Shown: piece after piece, positions 11,080 to 21,692 of the stretch
Layout: each line of letters opens with the position of its first letter
How positions within the stretch are numbered: position 1 is the first letter of the stretch
Source of the DNA: Nitrospirota bacterium
GTDB taxonomy: Bacteria > Nitrospirota > UBA9217
DNA: 64,000 bases
Direction: 5' to 3'
NCBI GenBank assembly: GCA_963818475.1
Contig: CAWFSF010000006.1
Coordinates: forward strand, 1,312,001-1,376,000
Notes under the pieces: generated by a model
Told to the model about the DNA's origin: nothing
Seen by the model: the letters and a program-made list of their open reading frames with translations, nothing else
Database searches by the model: none
Translations under genes and position numbers: made by a program

Positions 11080-11769
11080 ATGATCGCGATCAAACAGGCA
11101 ACGAAGACCTATCATCAGGGCATGAAAGAGATCCATGCGCTCCGGAATATTTCCCTGAGCATCGCCAAAGGAGAGTTCCTGAGCATCATGGGGCCTTCGG
11201 GGTCCGGCAAGAGCACGCTCCTGAACCTCATCGGCGGGCTCGACCAGCCTACGTCAGGCGAAATATTCATTGATAACATCCCGCTCCACGGCATCTCCGA
11301 CGACGAACTGACGATCATCCGCAGACGCCGCATCGGCTTTATCTTCCAGTTCTTCAACCTCCTGCCGATCCTGACCGCAGCGGAAAATGTTGGCCTGCCA
11401 CTGTTGCTCGAAGGTATCCCCTTCTCCAAAGTTAAACCGCAGGCCGAAGCGCTCCTGCAGAAGGTCGGACTGGCCGCGCGCACTGAGCATCGGCCGGAGC
11501 AGCTCTCGGGCGGCGAGATGCAGCGGGTGGCCATAGCACGCGCGCTGATCGCGAACCCTGCCGTGCTCCTGGCCGACGAACCTACCGGCAACCTTGACTC
11601 TCATACCAGCGAAGAGATCTTCCGTTTGCTCACGGGGCTGCATGCCGAAGGCCAGACCATCGTGATGGTGACCCATGACCGGTCAGCCGCCGGCCACGGG
11701 ACGAGGCTCATTACCCTGAAGGACGGCTCGCTCGCCGAAGACACGGCAACAGGAGTGCAGCTCCCATGA
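11080..11769 (+). CDS. ABC transporter ATP-binding protein (LolD/MacB-like)
   Basis: GPSGSGKST, LSGGEMQRVAIARAL, LLADEPTGNLD. Confidence 0.95.
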   Translation: MIAIKQATKTYHQGMKEIHALRNISLSIAKGEFLSIMGPSGSGKSTLLNLIGGLDQPTSGEIFIDNIPLHGISDDELTIIRRRRIGFIFQFFNLLPILTAAENVGLPLLLEGIPFSKVKPQAEALLQKVGLAARTEHRPEQLSGGEMQRVAIARALIANPAVLLADEPTGNLDSHTSEEIFRLLTGLHAEGQTIVMVTHDRSAAGHGTRLITLKDGSLAEDTATGVQLP

Positions 11770-14360
11770 ACTTCTTCAACCTGCTCAAGCACATCAGCCT
11801 GAAGCGTGTCCGGCTCCAGAAGGTCCAGACGCTCATGACCGTGGCAGGAATCTGCCTCGGCGTGGCCGCCATCGTCTCCATCGGCATTGTGAACAAGAGC
11901 GTGATGCATTCCTTTGAGGACTCGATCAACCGCGTCACCGGCAGGGCAGCTCTCCAGGTCACGGGCGCTGCGTCCGGTTTTCCCGAAGAGCTCATCGACC
12001 GGGTGCAGAAGGTCGCCGGCGTGGAGTATGCCGTGCCGGTGATCGATACCCAGGGCATCCTCGTCAAAGGCAAAGAACGAACGCTCATGATCCTGGGCGT
12101 GGACGTGCTGCAGGACAGCAATATCAGGGACTACAAGCTCGCTGATGACAACGCAGACATCCCGGACCCGCTCCTGTTCCTGGCAAGGCCGGACTCCATC
12201 CTGCTCACCAGGGAAATGGCGGACCGCGAAGGCATCACGATCGACCAGACGATCCAGATCCAGACCGTGCAGGGCATCCGGACCTTTCGCGTCCGGGGCC
12301 TCCTGAACCCTGAAGGTCCGGCGAAGATCCATGGCCGGCAATATTGCGATCATGGACTACCCTGCTGCCCAGATGGCCTTTGGCAAGGAAGGCAGGATCG
12401 ACCGGATCGACGTGAGCCTGCTGCGCGGAGAGGACCTGGAAACCGTCACGCGGCCGCATCAAACAAGCGCTGCCTGAAGGCTACACCGTCGTAACACCGG
12501 AAGGCAGGACCAAACAGGTCGAGGTGCTTATCTCCCACTTCCAGAAGAACATCAATCTCATCAGTTTTGTCGCCGTGTTCGTCGGCATGTACCTGATCTA
12601 TAATGCCGTCTCCATCTCCGTTGTGCAGCGCAAAAAAGAGATCGGCATCCTGCGCGCCCTGGGCACGACCCGGGGCCAGATCATAGCGCTCTTTCTGGGA
12701 GAGACCGTTGTCATGGCCGTGATCGGCTCCTTGCTCGGCCTGGCAACCGGCATCCTCTTTGCGAAATCTGCTTTGGGAGCCGTCGGACAAACAGTATCGG
12801 AGCTGTATCTGCGGACGTCGGTCACTGAACTATCCATATCCTGGACCGGCCTTGCCATGGGTTTTGTCGATCGGCATCGTTGCCAGCCTCGCTGCAGCAT
12901 TGTTCCCTGCCCTGGCAAGCACGCGCATCTCACCGGTATCCGCCATACGCTCTTTGCCCTATTCCGAAGAAGGGCTTCTTTCCAGCAAGAGGCTGCAGAT
13001 CGCAGCAGCGTCCTTCGTTATCCTCGCCGCCCTGCTGCTGGCGCTGTACAGGTCCTTTGGCGAGAACCCTGTGCTGCACAATACCGCGATCATGTTCTTT
13101 GCAACGATCTTTCTCCTGCTCGGCATTTCCCTGGCAACGCCTGCGGTGCTGACGCTGTTTCTCGCCGTCTTCAGAAAGACCATCGCGCCTCATGTCGGGG
13201 CTGTGGGAAGGCTTGCCGGCCTGAACCTGCAAAAGAACATCACCAGAAACGCCGTTGCAGCAGCAGCCATCTTCTACGGCATCGCCGTGTTCGTCAGTTC
13301 TTCCGGCATCATCTACAGCACCAAGCAGTCCGTGCTCGAATGGATCGATTCCTACGTGCGCGGGGACATTCTCGTGACCTCGGGCCATCCCATCGCGACC
13401 ACCGGCTCGCAGAACATCCCCATGCCGGTCGAGATGTGGAAGGACATCGAGAAGGTGCCCGGCGTCTTGTCGGCCGATCCTTTCCGGAAGATCTACATCG
13501 ATTATCGCGGAAGGCGCATCCTGCTGCTGACGCTGGACATCGATCGAAGGATGCTGTACAGCCCGTTCAAAGTGGTCCAGGGAACACGCGAGGACATGGT
13601 GCGTCTTCTCCCGAACCAGGACTACATTGCCGTCAACGAATCGCTTGCGTCACAGGAACACCTCAAACCCGGAGATACGATGGTCCTCCCAACGCCTGAA
13701 GGCCCGGTCGCCTTCACCGTCGCGGTCGTGAATGTGGATTACAGTTCCGATTCCGGCTCGCTCCTCATGGACATGCATACATACCGCAAATACTGGAAAG
13801 AATATCTCGCGGATTCGTTCTCTATTCGCGTGAAATCGAAGGACAATGTCGAATCAGTTCGCGATGAGATCGCCAGACGGTTCGGCAACGACCGGAAGCT
13901 CTTCGTCCTTCCTGCCAAAGAGTTCAAGGAAGAAATCCGGAAGGTCATCGACCAGGGCTTTGCCGTGAACCATGCCATCAACATCATCACCATGACCATC
14001 GCCTGTTTCGGCATCATTGTGACCCTGCTGGCCAGCGTGCTCGAACGCACGCGCGAGATCGGCGTCCTGCGTTCCATCGGCATGCTCAGGAGCCAGGTGT
14101 CCGGCGTGGTCGTGATCGAATCCATGCTGCTCGGCGTGATCGGCGGCATGCTCGGCGCTGGGGCCGGGATCATCATCGGATGGATGAGCCTGGAAGGGTT
14201 CCTTAAAGGAGATTACGGCGCAAGCATGCAGTACCACGTGCACTGGGTCTCGATCTTCTGGGCCATCGTGCTTTCTGCGTTGCTTGCTGCATTGGCAGGC
14301 GTGTACCCGGCGCAGCGGGCGGCGAAAACGAATATTGTGGAGGCGCTGGCGTATGAATAG
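11766..14360 (+). CDS. FtsX/MacB-like ABC permease, two repeats (split by indels)
   Basis: GICLGVAAIVSI; VVQRKKEIGILRALG; VLERTREIGVLRSIG; C-terminal NIVEALAYE. Confidence 0.88.
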
Positions 14361-14366
14361 GTTCAA

Positions 14367-14397
14367 TTGCGGATTTCGGATTGCGGAATGCGGATTT
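14367..14397. repeat. Heptamer tandem repeat (CGGAWTK)n
   Basis: attgcggatttcggattgcggaatgcggatt; same family at 21707-21808. Confidence 0.75.
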
Positions 14398-14557
14398 TTG
14401 AATCTAAGATAAAGGTGTCATTGCGATGAGTGATTTTTACGGAGCGGCAATATCAATGCACTTTCGCTAAAGCTGGGATGCCTGGCTGCTTTCGGGGTGG
14501 CCTGCTCGTTGCTGAAGATATGATGATTCTGTGTAAAAGAACGTGCTGCCGGATTTC

Positions 14558-15022
14558 CTACCTTGTCCACGTCGTGGTTCTGCCGAAGAGGGGGATGCCG
14601 ACGTACCCCCTCAGATCCAGCCGATCCGGTGAGGTGAGCGTCAGTTTGCCGCGGTAGGTGTTGCCGCTCTTCGGGTCGTACACGGTCCCACCCTTCCAGA
14701 CATTTTCGCCAACGTATTGGAAATCCTTCACGATCTGAAGATCCTGAATGGGCGTGGACCGCTTAGCAGGGTCGGGGTTGTGGTGATCGACTCTCCGCGT
14801 GCCCGGCGTCCCTTCTTTGGATCCAGCTGGATAGTTCGGCTCTTTCATGGAGACGATCTTCCCGCAGTATCTCCCGTTGCACGAGTATATCTCGATTTTG
14901 GCGTCTCTTTCCTCGTTATTCCACACGCCCAGGATCTGGTCACCTTGAGCCGAATAGGCAGACGCAGCAGAAAACAGAATGCAGGACCAGAGCAACATGA
15001 AACCCTTTCTCCTCAAGTTCAT
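14558..15022 (-). CDS. DUF2147-family secreted protein
   Basis: Signal peptide; ILGVW, YCGKIV, WKGGTVYDPKSGNTY, LRGYVGIPLFGRTTTWTR. Confidence 0.9.
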   Translation of the reverse strand: MNLRRKGFMLLWSCILFSAASAYSAQGDQILGVWNNEERDAKIEIYSCNGRYCGKIVSMKEPNYPAGSKEGTPGTRRVDHHNPDPAKRSTPIQDLQIVKDFQYVGENVWKGGTVYDPKSGNTYRGKLTLTSPDRLDLRGYVGIPLFGRTTTWTR

Positions 15023-15049
15023 AGTAAGTATCTCCCCGGTAATTTCCCA

Positions 15050-16123
15050 TTAGTATTTCCTGAGCAAATATGCATGGGCCGAAAGTCCTGCTCCAAAAGC
15101 AACCATGATGCACCACTCTCCCCGCGCCACAACACCTCGCTTCTCGATCTCCTGCAGCACGAACCAGACGGTGGGCGATGACATGTTGCCGTACTCGGAA
15201 AGGACGGAGCGTGTCGCATGGACCTGCTCCTCCGACAGCCCGAGCTCGTCCCGGACGGCATTGATGATCTTTTCGCCGCCGCTGTGAAGTGCCCAGTGTT
15301 TTATATCTGCAGCTTCCAGCGAACGGGGAGCGAGAACATCGGCAACGACCTGCGCCGCCGCCTTGCGCACCAAGTCCGGCAGTTTGAGCGAGAGCTGGTT
15401 ATAGAGCTGCCCGTTCTTGTGAACGTAGCGGATCGACTCGCGCTGCTCCGGCACATACCGCCTTGCCGAGGCGACAAGCTCGTATCCCTGCGGTCTCATC
15501 CAGAGCACGGCGGCTGCGGCGCCGTCCCCGAAAAGCGTGTTTGAAAGCAGGAGACTGAGATCGTCCTCCATCTGGAACGTGGCCGTGCAGATCTCGACGG
15601 AAACGCTCACGATGACCCCTTTTTCCGTCTGGCTCATGAGCGAGCCGGAGATCTCGAGGTTGGGGATCGCCCCTCCGCACCCGCTGCCGACCAGGTCGTA
15701 CACGCGTACGCTGCGTGACAGGCCGAGCTTCTCGATCAGATAGGTGGAAATGCCGGGGCAGATATATCCCGTGCAGGTGTTCACTACCAGGCCGGTAACG
15801 TCGGCCGTACCCAATCCTGCCTGCGCCAGCGCCCTCTCGATGGCCAGGGCCGAAAGTTCCCGGGACCAGTGCGTAAAGCGCTCGATGCGCGCGTCGAGGT
15901 CCTCATCGACGAGGTCCTCCACATCGTCGATCGCGAAGCTCCTCTGTTTGATGCTCGGATGGGCAAAGAGCGCATGGATGACCGACAGGCTCCTCGGGCT
16001 CAGTCTTTTTTCATAATGCTTGCGGGCCAGCCGACCCAGCTCCGCCTGGTCGAGCGGGTGAGGAGGCACTGCAGTTGCCACAGAAGCGATATGCGGTCCT
16101 GCAGAAGCCGGTTCTTCCTTCAT
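15050..16123 (-). CDS. Type III polyketide synthase
   Basis: Triad GSGCGGA / WALHSGG / YGNMSS; VEICT, LFGDGAAA, AFGAG. Confidence 0.95.
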   Translation of the reverse strand: MKEEPASAGPHIASVATAVPPHPLDQAELGRLARKHYEKRLSPRSLSVIHALFAHPSIKQRSFAIDDVEDLVDEDLDARIERFTHWSRELSALAIERALAQAGLGTADVTGLVVNTCTGYICPGISTYLIEKLGLSRSVRVYDLVGSGCGGAIPNLEISGSLMSQTEKGVIVSVSVEICTATFQMEDDLSLLLSNTLFGDGAAAAVLWMRPQGYELVASARRYVPEQRESIRYVHKNGQLYNQLSLKLPDLVRKAAAQVVADVLAPRSLEAADIKHWALHSGGEKIINAVRDELGLSEEQVHATRSVLSEYGNMSSPTVWFVLQEIEKRGVVARGEWCIMVAFGAGLSAHAYLLRKY

Positions 16124-16148
16124 AGATGTTCCTTTCCCAAAGCGCGCA

Positions 16149-16238
16149 CCCTCTCCTTCAGAGGGCTGGGTGAGGATGGGTTTCTGATGATTTCCGTATG
16201 ACCCATCCCCACCTTAATCCTCCCCCTGAAGGGAAGGA
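16149..16238. repeat. REP-like intergenic hairpin
   Basis: ccttcagaggg..gatgggt pairs with acccatc..cccctgaagg. Confidence 0.6.
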
Positions 16239-16278
16239 AATGTAACTTTTCCCTATACTATTTGATAATAGTGCGTCC

Positions 16279-17703
16279 TCACACCTGCATCCCGATCGAC
16301 CGCAGCCCTCCTCGGATAAAGCGTGTGTAACGCCAGAGCGGCGGCTTGAGCCCCAGCCGATGCCCCAGGCGGCTAATGTGAGGCAGATAAGGAAAGGACA
16401 TAGAGTCAGCGTTCATGAAGTTCATATGACTGCTCATGGAGCGTCGGACCTCACCCATGATCCAGTCCGGTTCTACTTCCGGAGATACATAGAAGAACGG
16501 CGCCAGCATGCTGCAGGGGGGCACAGAGAGAACGCCTTGCCTGCGGGCAATCTCCTCCAGCACGGTCCCTGGATAGATGCGGATGCCGATGTTGAACAAT
16601 GCAGCATCCCGCGGCGTGATGAACTTTTCAGCAAAGCGAAGAGTTTCCCGAACCGTGTCCCGTGTTTCTCCCGGCCCGCCGAGCAGGAATATCCAGAGGC
16701 AGGGCAACCGGCCCTGTTTCACCACTTCTGCCGCAGTATGGACCTCTCTCGTCGTGAACCCTTTTCGCAGCCCCGCGAGGACCGGATCTGATGCGCTTTC
16801 CACGGTAAGCCCCATCCCCACAAAGCCTGCACGCTCCATGGTCGTGAGCAGACGATGGTCCAGGGAAAGCGGGCTCATCTCGATGCTCTGCAGGCGCGCA
16901 CCATGCTTTGACCGGATAAGCGACTCGCATATCGTCAGGGCATGATCATAGGGAGCGTTGAACACGTTATCGACGAACTCGATGTCGCGAGATCCCGATG
17001 ATGCATAACGGAGCACGACATCGGCTACGTCATCAGGTTCAGATAAGCGGTACCCGACGCCTTCTATTTTGCGGTACGTGCAGTAGACACACTGAAAGCT
17101 GCATCCTCGTTTCGTCTGGAGCGGGACCGTGGCCAGATGGGAATTATAGGCCCTCATATCGAGCCATCGATCATAATCAGGCGCTGCACAAGGATGCGGG
17201 CAGCCGGATTCGGCGGGGTTTACCCGAAAGTCTTCACCGACCAGGGATGCAACGCCGGGAAGATCTTCCCCTGAACCGTTCAGGGCAAGTTTTTCGACAA
17301 GCCGGGGAAATACGGTTTCACCATCTGCAACCACGGCGCTGGTCACGCCCGTTGCGCGCATGATCTCCTCAGGCATGATCATGACCGCCGTGCCCCCCAG
17401 GACAAGGTGCGCGTCCGACATCCGGCGGATCGTTCCAACGAGAGCGATGAGGTCGCCTATAAAATACCGGGGGGCCCCCATATCGATGTTATCGATGTTC
17501 CGTACCGAAAGCCCGATGACATCGTACTGCACTCTTTCGAGCGCAGTCTTGACCGCACGCAGGGGGTCAGCGAGAAACATGAGGTCGAGGAAGGTGACCC
17601 CCTGTCCTGCCCGTTCCGCCGCCTCCGCGATCATGCAGGCGCCGGCGGGAAGCACCGGCACGGGAAAACCGGTTCTATTCGTGCTGATGATAAGGATGTT
17701 CAT
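16279..17703 (-). CDS. B12-binding radical SAM protein, lipid-biosynthesis type
   Basis: N-terminus ILIISTNR..PVLPAG..DVIGLSVRNIDN; CSFQCVYC; FVDNVFN; LLGGPGET. Confidence 0.9.
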   Translation of the reverse strand: MNILIISTNRTGFPVPVLPAGACMIAEAAERAGQGVTFLDLMFLADPLRAVKTALERVQYDVIGLSVRNIDNIDMGAPRYFIGDLIALVGTIRRMSDAHLVLGGTAVMIMPEEIMRATGVTSAVVADGETVFPRLVEKLALNGSGEDLPGVASLVGEDFRVNPAESGCPHPCAAPDYDRWLDMRAYNSHLATVPLQTKRGCSFQCVYCTYRKIEGVGYRLSEPDDVADVVLRYASSGSRDIEFVDNVFNAPYDHALTICESLIRSKHGARLQSIEMSPLSLDHRLLTTMERAGFVGMGLTVESASDPVLAGLRKGFTTREVHTAAEVVKQGRLPCLWIFLLGGPGETRDTVRETLRFAEKFITPRDAALFNIGIRIYPGTVLEEIARRQGVLSVPPCSMLAPFFYVSPEVEPDWIMGEVRRSMSSHMNFMNADSMSFPYLPHISRLGHRLGLKPPLWRYTRFIRGGLRSIGMQV

Positions 17704-17748
17704 GGGGCGAAGGACCGCGTCGCCTCCGGCCTGAGCGCTCTCATGATC

Positions 17749-18978
17749 TTACTCATGTTTTCTCACGATGAGCACGGCATTCGTTCCACCGAATGCAAAG
17801 GAGTTTGACATGACCGCTTTAAGGTCCGCATTCGTTCTGGCCTTCAGGGGAACATAGTCGAGATCGCATTCGGGGTCCGGCACGGTCAGTGTTGCGGTGG
17901 GCGGGATCGTCTGGTGTTTGAGAGCGAGGACTGAGGCAACAAGCTCCACTGCTCCGGCGGCGCCCAGGAGGTGTCCGTGCATGGACTTGGTCGAGCTCAC
18001 CGGGATATCGTAGGCGCGCTGACCGAATACTTTTTTGATCGCCAGCGTTTCCGCCAGATCATTTGCTTGCGTGGCAGTGCCATGGGCGTTGATGTAATCG
18101 ATCCGGCCGGGGCTCATGCCCGCTTCTTTCAGGGCGGCCTCGATCGCGAACGCTTGTCCTTCCACGGAGGGTTTCGTGATATGCTCTGCGTCCGCGGTCG
18201 AGCCGTACCCGGCCAGTTCTCCGTAGATGCGGGCGCCCCGCCTCGTTGCCCTGTCCAGGGATTCCAGCACGAGAACGGCCGCTCCCTCGCCGAGCACGAA
18301 ACCGGTCCTGTCTTTTGAAAAAGGCCTGCACGAGGTCGAGGGGTCCTCCGCTTCCAGAGCAAGTGTCCCGATCGATTCCCAGCTCATTAAGACGCCGCTG
18401 GTAAGAAGCGACTCCGTGCCGCCCGCAAGCATGACATCGGCGTAGCCGTGCTTGATCGACCGGAACGCCTCGCCGATGGCGACTGCTGAAGATGAGCACG
18501 CGGTGGAAAAGGTGAGGCAGGGGCCCTTCAGGCCGTGCTCGATCGAAACGCACGAAGCAGCGGCATTGTTCATCACCATGACCACGGTAAGCGGATGCAG
18601 CCGCTTCGCCTGATGGCGAAAAAGCTGTTCATAGGAGTCCTCAAGGGTCCGCGCTCCCCCCATGCCCGTTCCGAGATAGACGCCGCTCCGTCGCTGTTCC
18701 TCCTCGGAAAGTTCCATCCCGGCGTCCTTCCATGCTTGAGAAGCGGCGACCAGGGCGAACTGGCTCACCCGGTCCAGGGTACGAGCGGTCTTTTTTGTAA
18801 AATGGTCTTCAGCCGGAAAGTCCGCCTTGGCCGCGATCCGTATGGACAATCGGGCGTCGAAATCGGCGGAGAGCTTCCTGATCCCCGATCTCCCGGCCGC
18901 GAGGTTGGCCATAAAATCTTCACAGGTATTCCCCATCGGGGATATAATGCCCATTCCGGTAATGGCTACTCGTCTCAT
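17749..18978 (-). CDS. fabF: Beta-ketoacyl-ACP synthase II-like
   Basis: TACSSS, INAHGT, TKSMHGHLLGAAG, SNSFAFGG. Confidence 0.9.
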   Translation of the reverse strand: MRRVAITGMGIISPMGNTCEDFMANLAAGRSGIRKLSADFDARLSIRIAAKADFPAEDHFTKKTARTLDRVSQFALVAASQAWKDAGMELSEEEQRRSGVYLGTGMGGARTLEDSYEQLFRHQAKRLHPLTVVMVMNNAAASCVSIEHGLKGPCLTFSTACSSSAVAIGEAFRSIKHGYADVMLAGGTESLLTSGVLMSWESIGTLALEAEDPSTSCRPFSKDRTGFVLGEGAAVLVLESLDRATRRGARIYGELAGYGSTADAEHITKPSVEGQAFAIEAALKEAGMSPGRIDYINAHGTATQANDLAETLAIKKVFGQRAYDIPVSSTKSMHGHLLGAAGAVELVASVLALKHQTIPPTATLTVPDPECDLDYVPLKARTNADLKAVMSNSFAFGGTNAVLIVRKHE

Positions 18979-18999
18979 GAAGGACTCCTGTCCATTCTG

Positions 19000-19239
19000 T
19001 TACTGGCGCTGCTCCCGGGCCAGCCGCTCGATGACATTGATCATATCCTGAATGGAATTGAGCGTGACCTCTCTTTCGGGTATCCTGACGTTGAATTCCT
19101 TTTCCAGGGCGAAGAGGAATTCGATCTTATCCAGCGAATCGAGGCCGATGCTCTCGATCGTGGCTTCGGGACGGAGCCGCTCTTCCGGAAAATCGAAATT
19201 CGCAAGGAACAGTTTTTTAATGCGCTCCAACGTGTTCAC
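19000..19239 (-). CDS. Acyl carrier protein
   Basis: GLDSLD phosphopantetheine site; GTG start with GGAGG upstream. Confidence 0.92.
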   Translation of the reverse strand: MNTLERIKKLFLANFDFPEERLRPEATIESIGLDSLDKIEFLFALEKEFNVRIPEREVTLNSIQDMINVIERLAREQRQ

Positions 19240-19438
19240 TATCGTTCGGCCTCCTCTTTTTATCCTTTGCAGAATATTATTAAGAACCTTGGACACACCC
19301 TGCACTCGCGCATGCACTCGTAAGCGCCGGGCGCAGACAGATACAAGCGGATTGCATTATGAATAATCATGATGCAGTCTTGTGTTATCCGCCGTTGTCA
19401 AAGCCATTAACAGCTTCTTCCGTGTCAAAGATATTCTC

Positions 19439-20662
19439 CTAAATCCCCCACATCTCCCCTGAATACATATCGTCAAAGACCTCTTCATAGAGCGCGAGAA
19501 GCTCCGTTCGATAGGCGCTGTCTACCTGTACCGCCTTCCTGGCGTACGAGGCGCACCAGCCACAGGCGCCGCAGTCGGTCGACCGGCAGTCCCGGTCCCG
19601 AAAGCCTGGTATGAAGCCGGACAGTTCGTTGTTGTTTATGTAAACGGGCTCGCCTTTGAGCGGCTCCAGCATGCCGCGTTTGGCAGCAAGGTCCTTCAGT
19701 TTCATGAGCTTCGACAGCCTGACCATGCGCGGCCTGAACAGATAGCGCCATTTGTTGAACAGGCCCCCGGCCAACGACGCGCCGCCTTTCTCCTTGTACC
19801 CGAATGGCTGTATGAGGTCGAGCAGGTTCCCGTTATAGCGGCCCTCGGTGTATGCCTTGACCCTTTTTACCAGCACCGGCGTAGGAGCGCCCCGCTCCAG
19901 TATCTTAAAGGAATCGTAGCCCAGGTCAAGGTACATGCCCATGTCTTCCGGCCTGATGAACTCGGAGCGGAGGTACTGCGCCGGGTCTTTCAGCTTATCG
20001 TACGAGCATCTCATCACGCACCAGTCCAGCATGAACCCGCGCGAGACGTGGCCCTTCTGCGATGCGTGCGAGAGATTTACCATATGCTGGCCCGAGAGCG
20101 GACAGAAGAGCTGGCAGTTGGCATTCACGATGAGCTGCAGTTCCAGCGTAAGCGTCTTCCGCAGGGCCGCGAGCAGTGCAAAATCGCGGTTGACGCTGAG
20201 CGATTCAAGCGTTATGCAGTCCGCGCCGCCGTCCTCCCAGAACCTGGCCTTGGACACCCCGTCGACCCGGGCGTACACGCCCACCCGCACCTTCAGCCGG
20301 GGATGGCGCTTTTTTATGATCGGCAGGAGGAACGGGAGCGATATCGTTACCGCACTCACGCCGGCTCCTTCGATATACTCCAGCAGCGCTTCGATGTCCC
20401 GCTGCCCTTGCCGGGTGAATTCGCGGTTGTCCATGCACGCGGGGTTCAGGAGGTAGTTGAAGCCGATACCCCTGGATCTGGCATGTGCGACATGGCGCTC
20501 GAACCGTTTTCGCGACAGCGGCGCGAGCGAGAAGGAGGCCCTGCCTCCGCCGACCGCGTCGGAGGAGAGTTTGCCGAAAACCTCCTTGACCGGATACTCA
20601 GAAACGGCGTCAAGGAACGCATCGTCGAAGTTGGACGCTACTGAAAAGCCGAATTTTTTCAT
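19439..20662 (-). CDS. U32-family ('peptidase') Fe-S protein
   Basis: FNYLLN, NRDF, CQLFC...WCVMRC, FIRPEDM, FKILER; C-terminal CRSTDCGACGWC. Confidence 0.85.
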   Translation of the reverse strand: MKKFGFSVASNFDDAFLDAVSEYPVKEVFGKLSSDAVGGGRASFSLAPLSRKRFERHVAHARSRGIGFNYLLNPACMDNREFTRQGQRDIEALLEYIEGAGVSAVTISLPFLLPIIKKRHPRLKVRVGVYARVDGVSKARFWEDGGADCITLESLSVNRDFALLAALRKTLTLELQLIVNANCQLFCPLSGQHMVNLSHASQKGHVSRGFMLDWCVMRCSYDKLKDPAQYLRSEFIRPEDMGMYLDLGYDSFKILERGAPTPVLVKRVKAYTEGRYNGNLLDLIQPFGYKEKGGASLAGGLFNKWRYLFRPRMVRLSKLMKLKDLAAKRGMLEPLKGEPVYINNNELSGFIPGFRDRDCRSTDCGACGWCASYARKAVQVDSAYRTELLALYEEVFDDMYSGEMWGI

Positions 20663-20663
20663 T

Positions 20664-21386
20664 TCAGCCCTTCCTTCCCGATAGTACCATCAACCAGAAC
20701 GGCTCTCGCACGATCTGACGGCTCGCAAGGCCTGCGCTGCCGGCTAAAACGGCTAATTCGGCAACGGTGTACGATCTGAGCACCGACCTCGGGCCGTCGT
20801 GCCGGGTAAGCCTGTTTCGCGAAAAGATCCTCGCAAGGATGGATATGAGCAGCCACGCCACCCAGCTCCGCCTGAGGTCCATGATGAAATAACCGATCGC
20901 CGCCACCCTGCCGATCTCCTTCAGGAGCCTGACCGTATCTTCCTCTCCGAAGTGGTGCAGGGTCTTGGAGCATAATACAATGTCAAAGCTCCCATCCCCG
21001 TAGGGAAGCGAGAAACCGTCCGCAACAGCAACGGTTATTTCCGGATATGACCGGGCAAGATCAGCCGCCTCACGCACGGCGAGGGGATTGACGTCCACTG
21101 CGGTCACCGCCATGGCGATCCCCCGACGGCGCGCCCATTTCACGATCTCCACGGGAATGTCAGCTGATCCGGTCGCAACATCCAGCACCCTGATGGGCCT
21201 ATCCACGGAAGACACGCTGTCCTGCACAAGAGCTGAAAAGAATTTGAACACTGCATGGTAGTCGCCAAGATAGCGGTTGACCGTCCTTATGTCAGCAAGG
21301 TTTTCGGCATACTCAGACCGGTTGTAGCTCTCGGGGAGATCTATCAGTTCCGGGCTGCGCCTTCTCTCAGGCACTAAAGACATCAT
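20664..21386 (-). CDS. SAM-dependent methyltransferase (type III PKS-associated type)
   Basis: ELID..LADIRTVNRYLG, VLDVATGSAD, LHHF, DLRRS, HDGPRSVLRSY. Confidence 0.9.
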   Translation of the reverse strand: MMSLVPERRRSPELIDLPESYNRSEYAENLADIRTVNRYLGDYHAVFKFFSALVQDSVSSVDRPIRVLDVATGSADIPVEIVKWARRRGIAMAVTAVDVNPLAVREAADLARSYPEITVAVADGFSLPYGDGSFDIVLCSKTLHHFGEEDTVRLLKEIGRVAAIGYFIMDLRRSWVAWLLISILARIFSRNRLTRHDGPRSVLRSYTVAELAVLAGSAGLASRQIVREPFWLMVLSGRKG

Positions 21387-21566
21387 CTTTGAAAGGTTTT
21401 CCTTTTAGGGTCGGCGTGCTACGGACGCCATGAGCAGAGGAGACCATTTTAGTATAGCACGCGATTGAGTAAAAAGGAGGGCTGATTTCTTTGTGGCGCC
21501 TGGAAGAAGCTCGGTGTTCCGCGGCCGCTAAGGCACCGCTGTCGTTTTCCCAGGTACAAATACACA

Positions 21567-21595
21567 TTGACGCTTCCTAAGACGATATATATACT
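21567..21595 (+). promoter_or_regulatory. Sigma70 promoter
   Basis: TTGACG-N17-TATACT upstream of 21693. Confidence 0.7.
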
Positions 21596-21692
21596 TTTAC
21601 CTATTACGGGTGAATTTATGCCGGCAGAATAAATCTCGAAGTTTTTTTCCCGCGAGGCGTGCGGCAAAGGTGAATATCGTGGAGGCTCGCGT

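Noticed and set aside
5390-12875. Indels clustering at GATC as a methylation-related error signature
   Set aside because: GATC is very frequent here, and in two cases the inserted base itself creates the GATC
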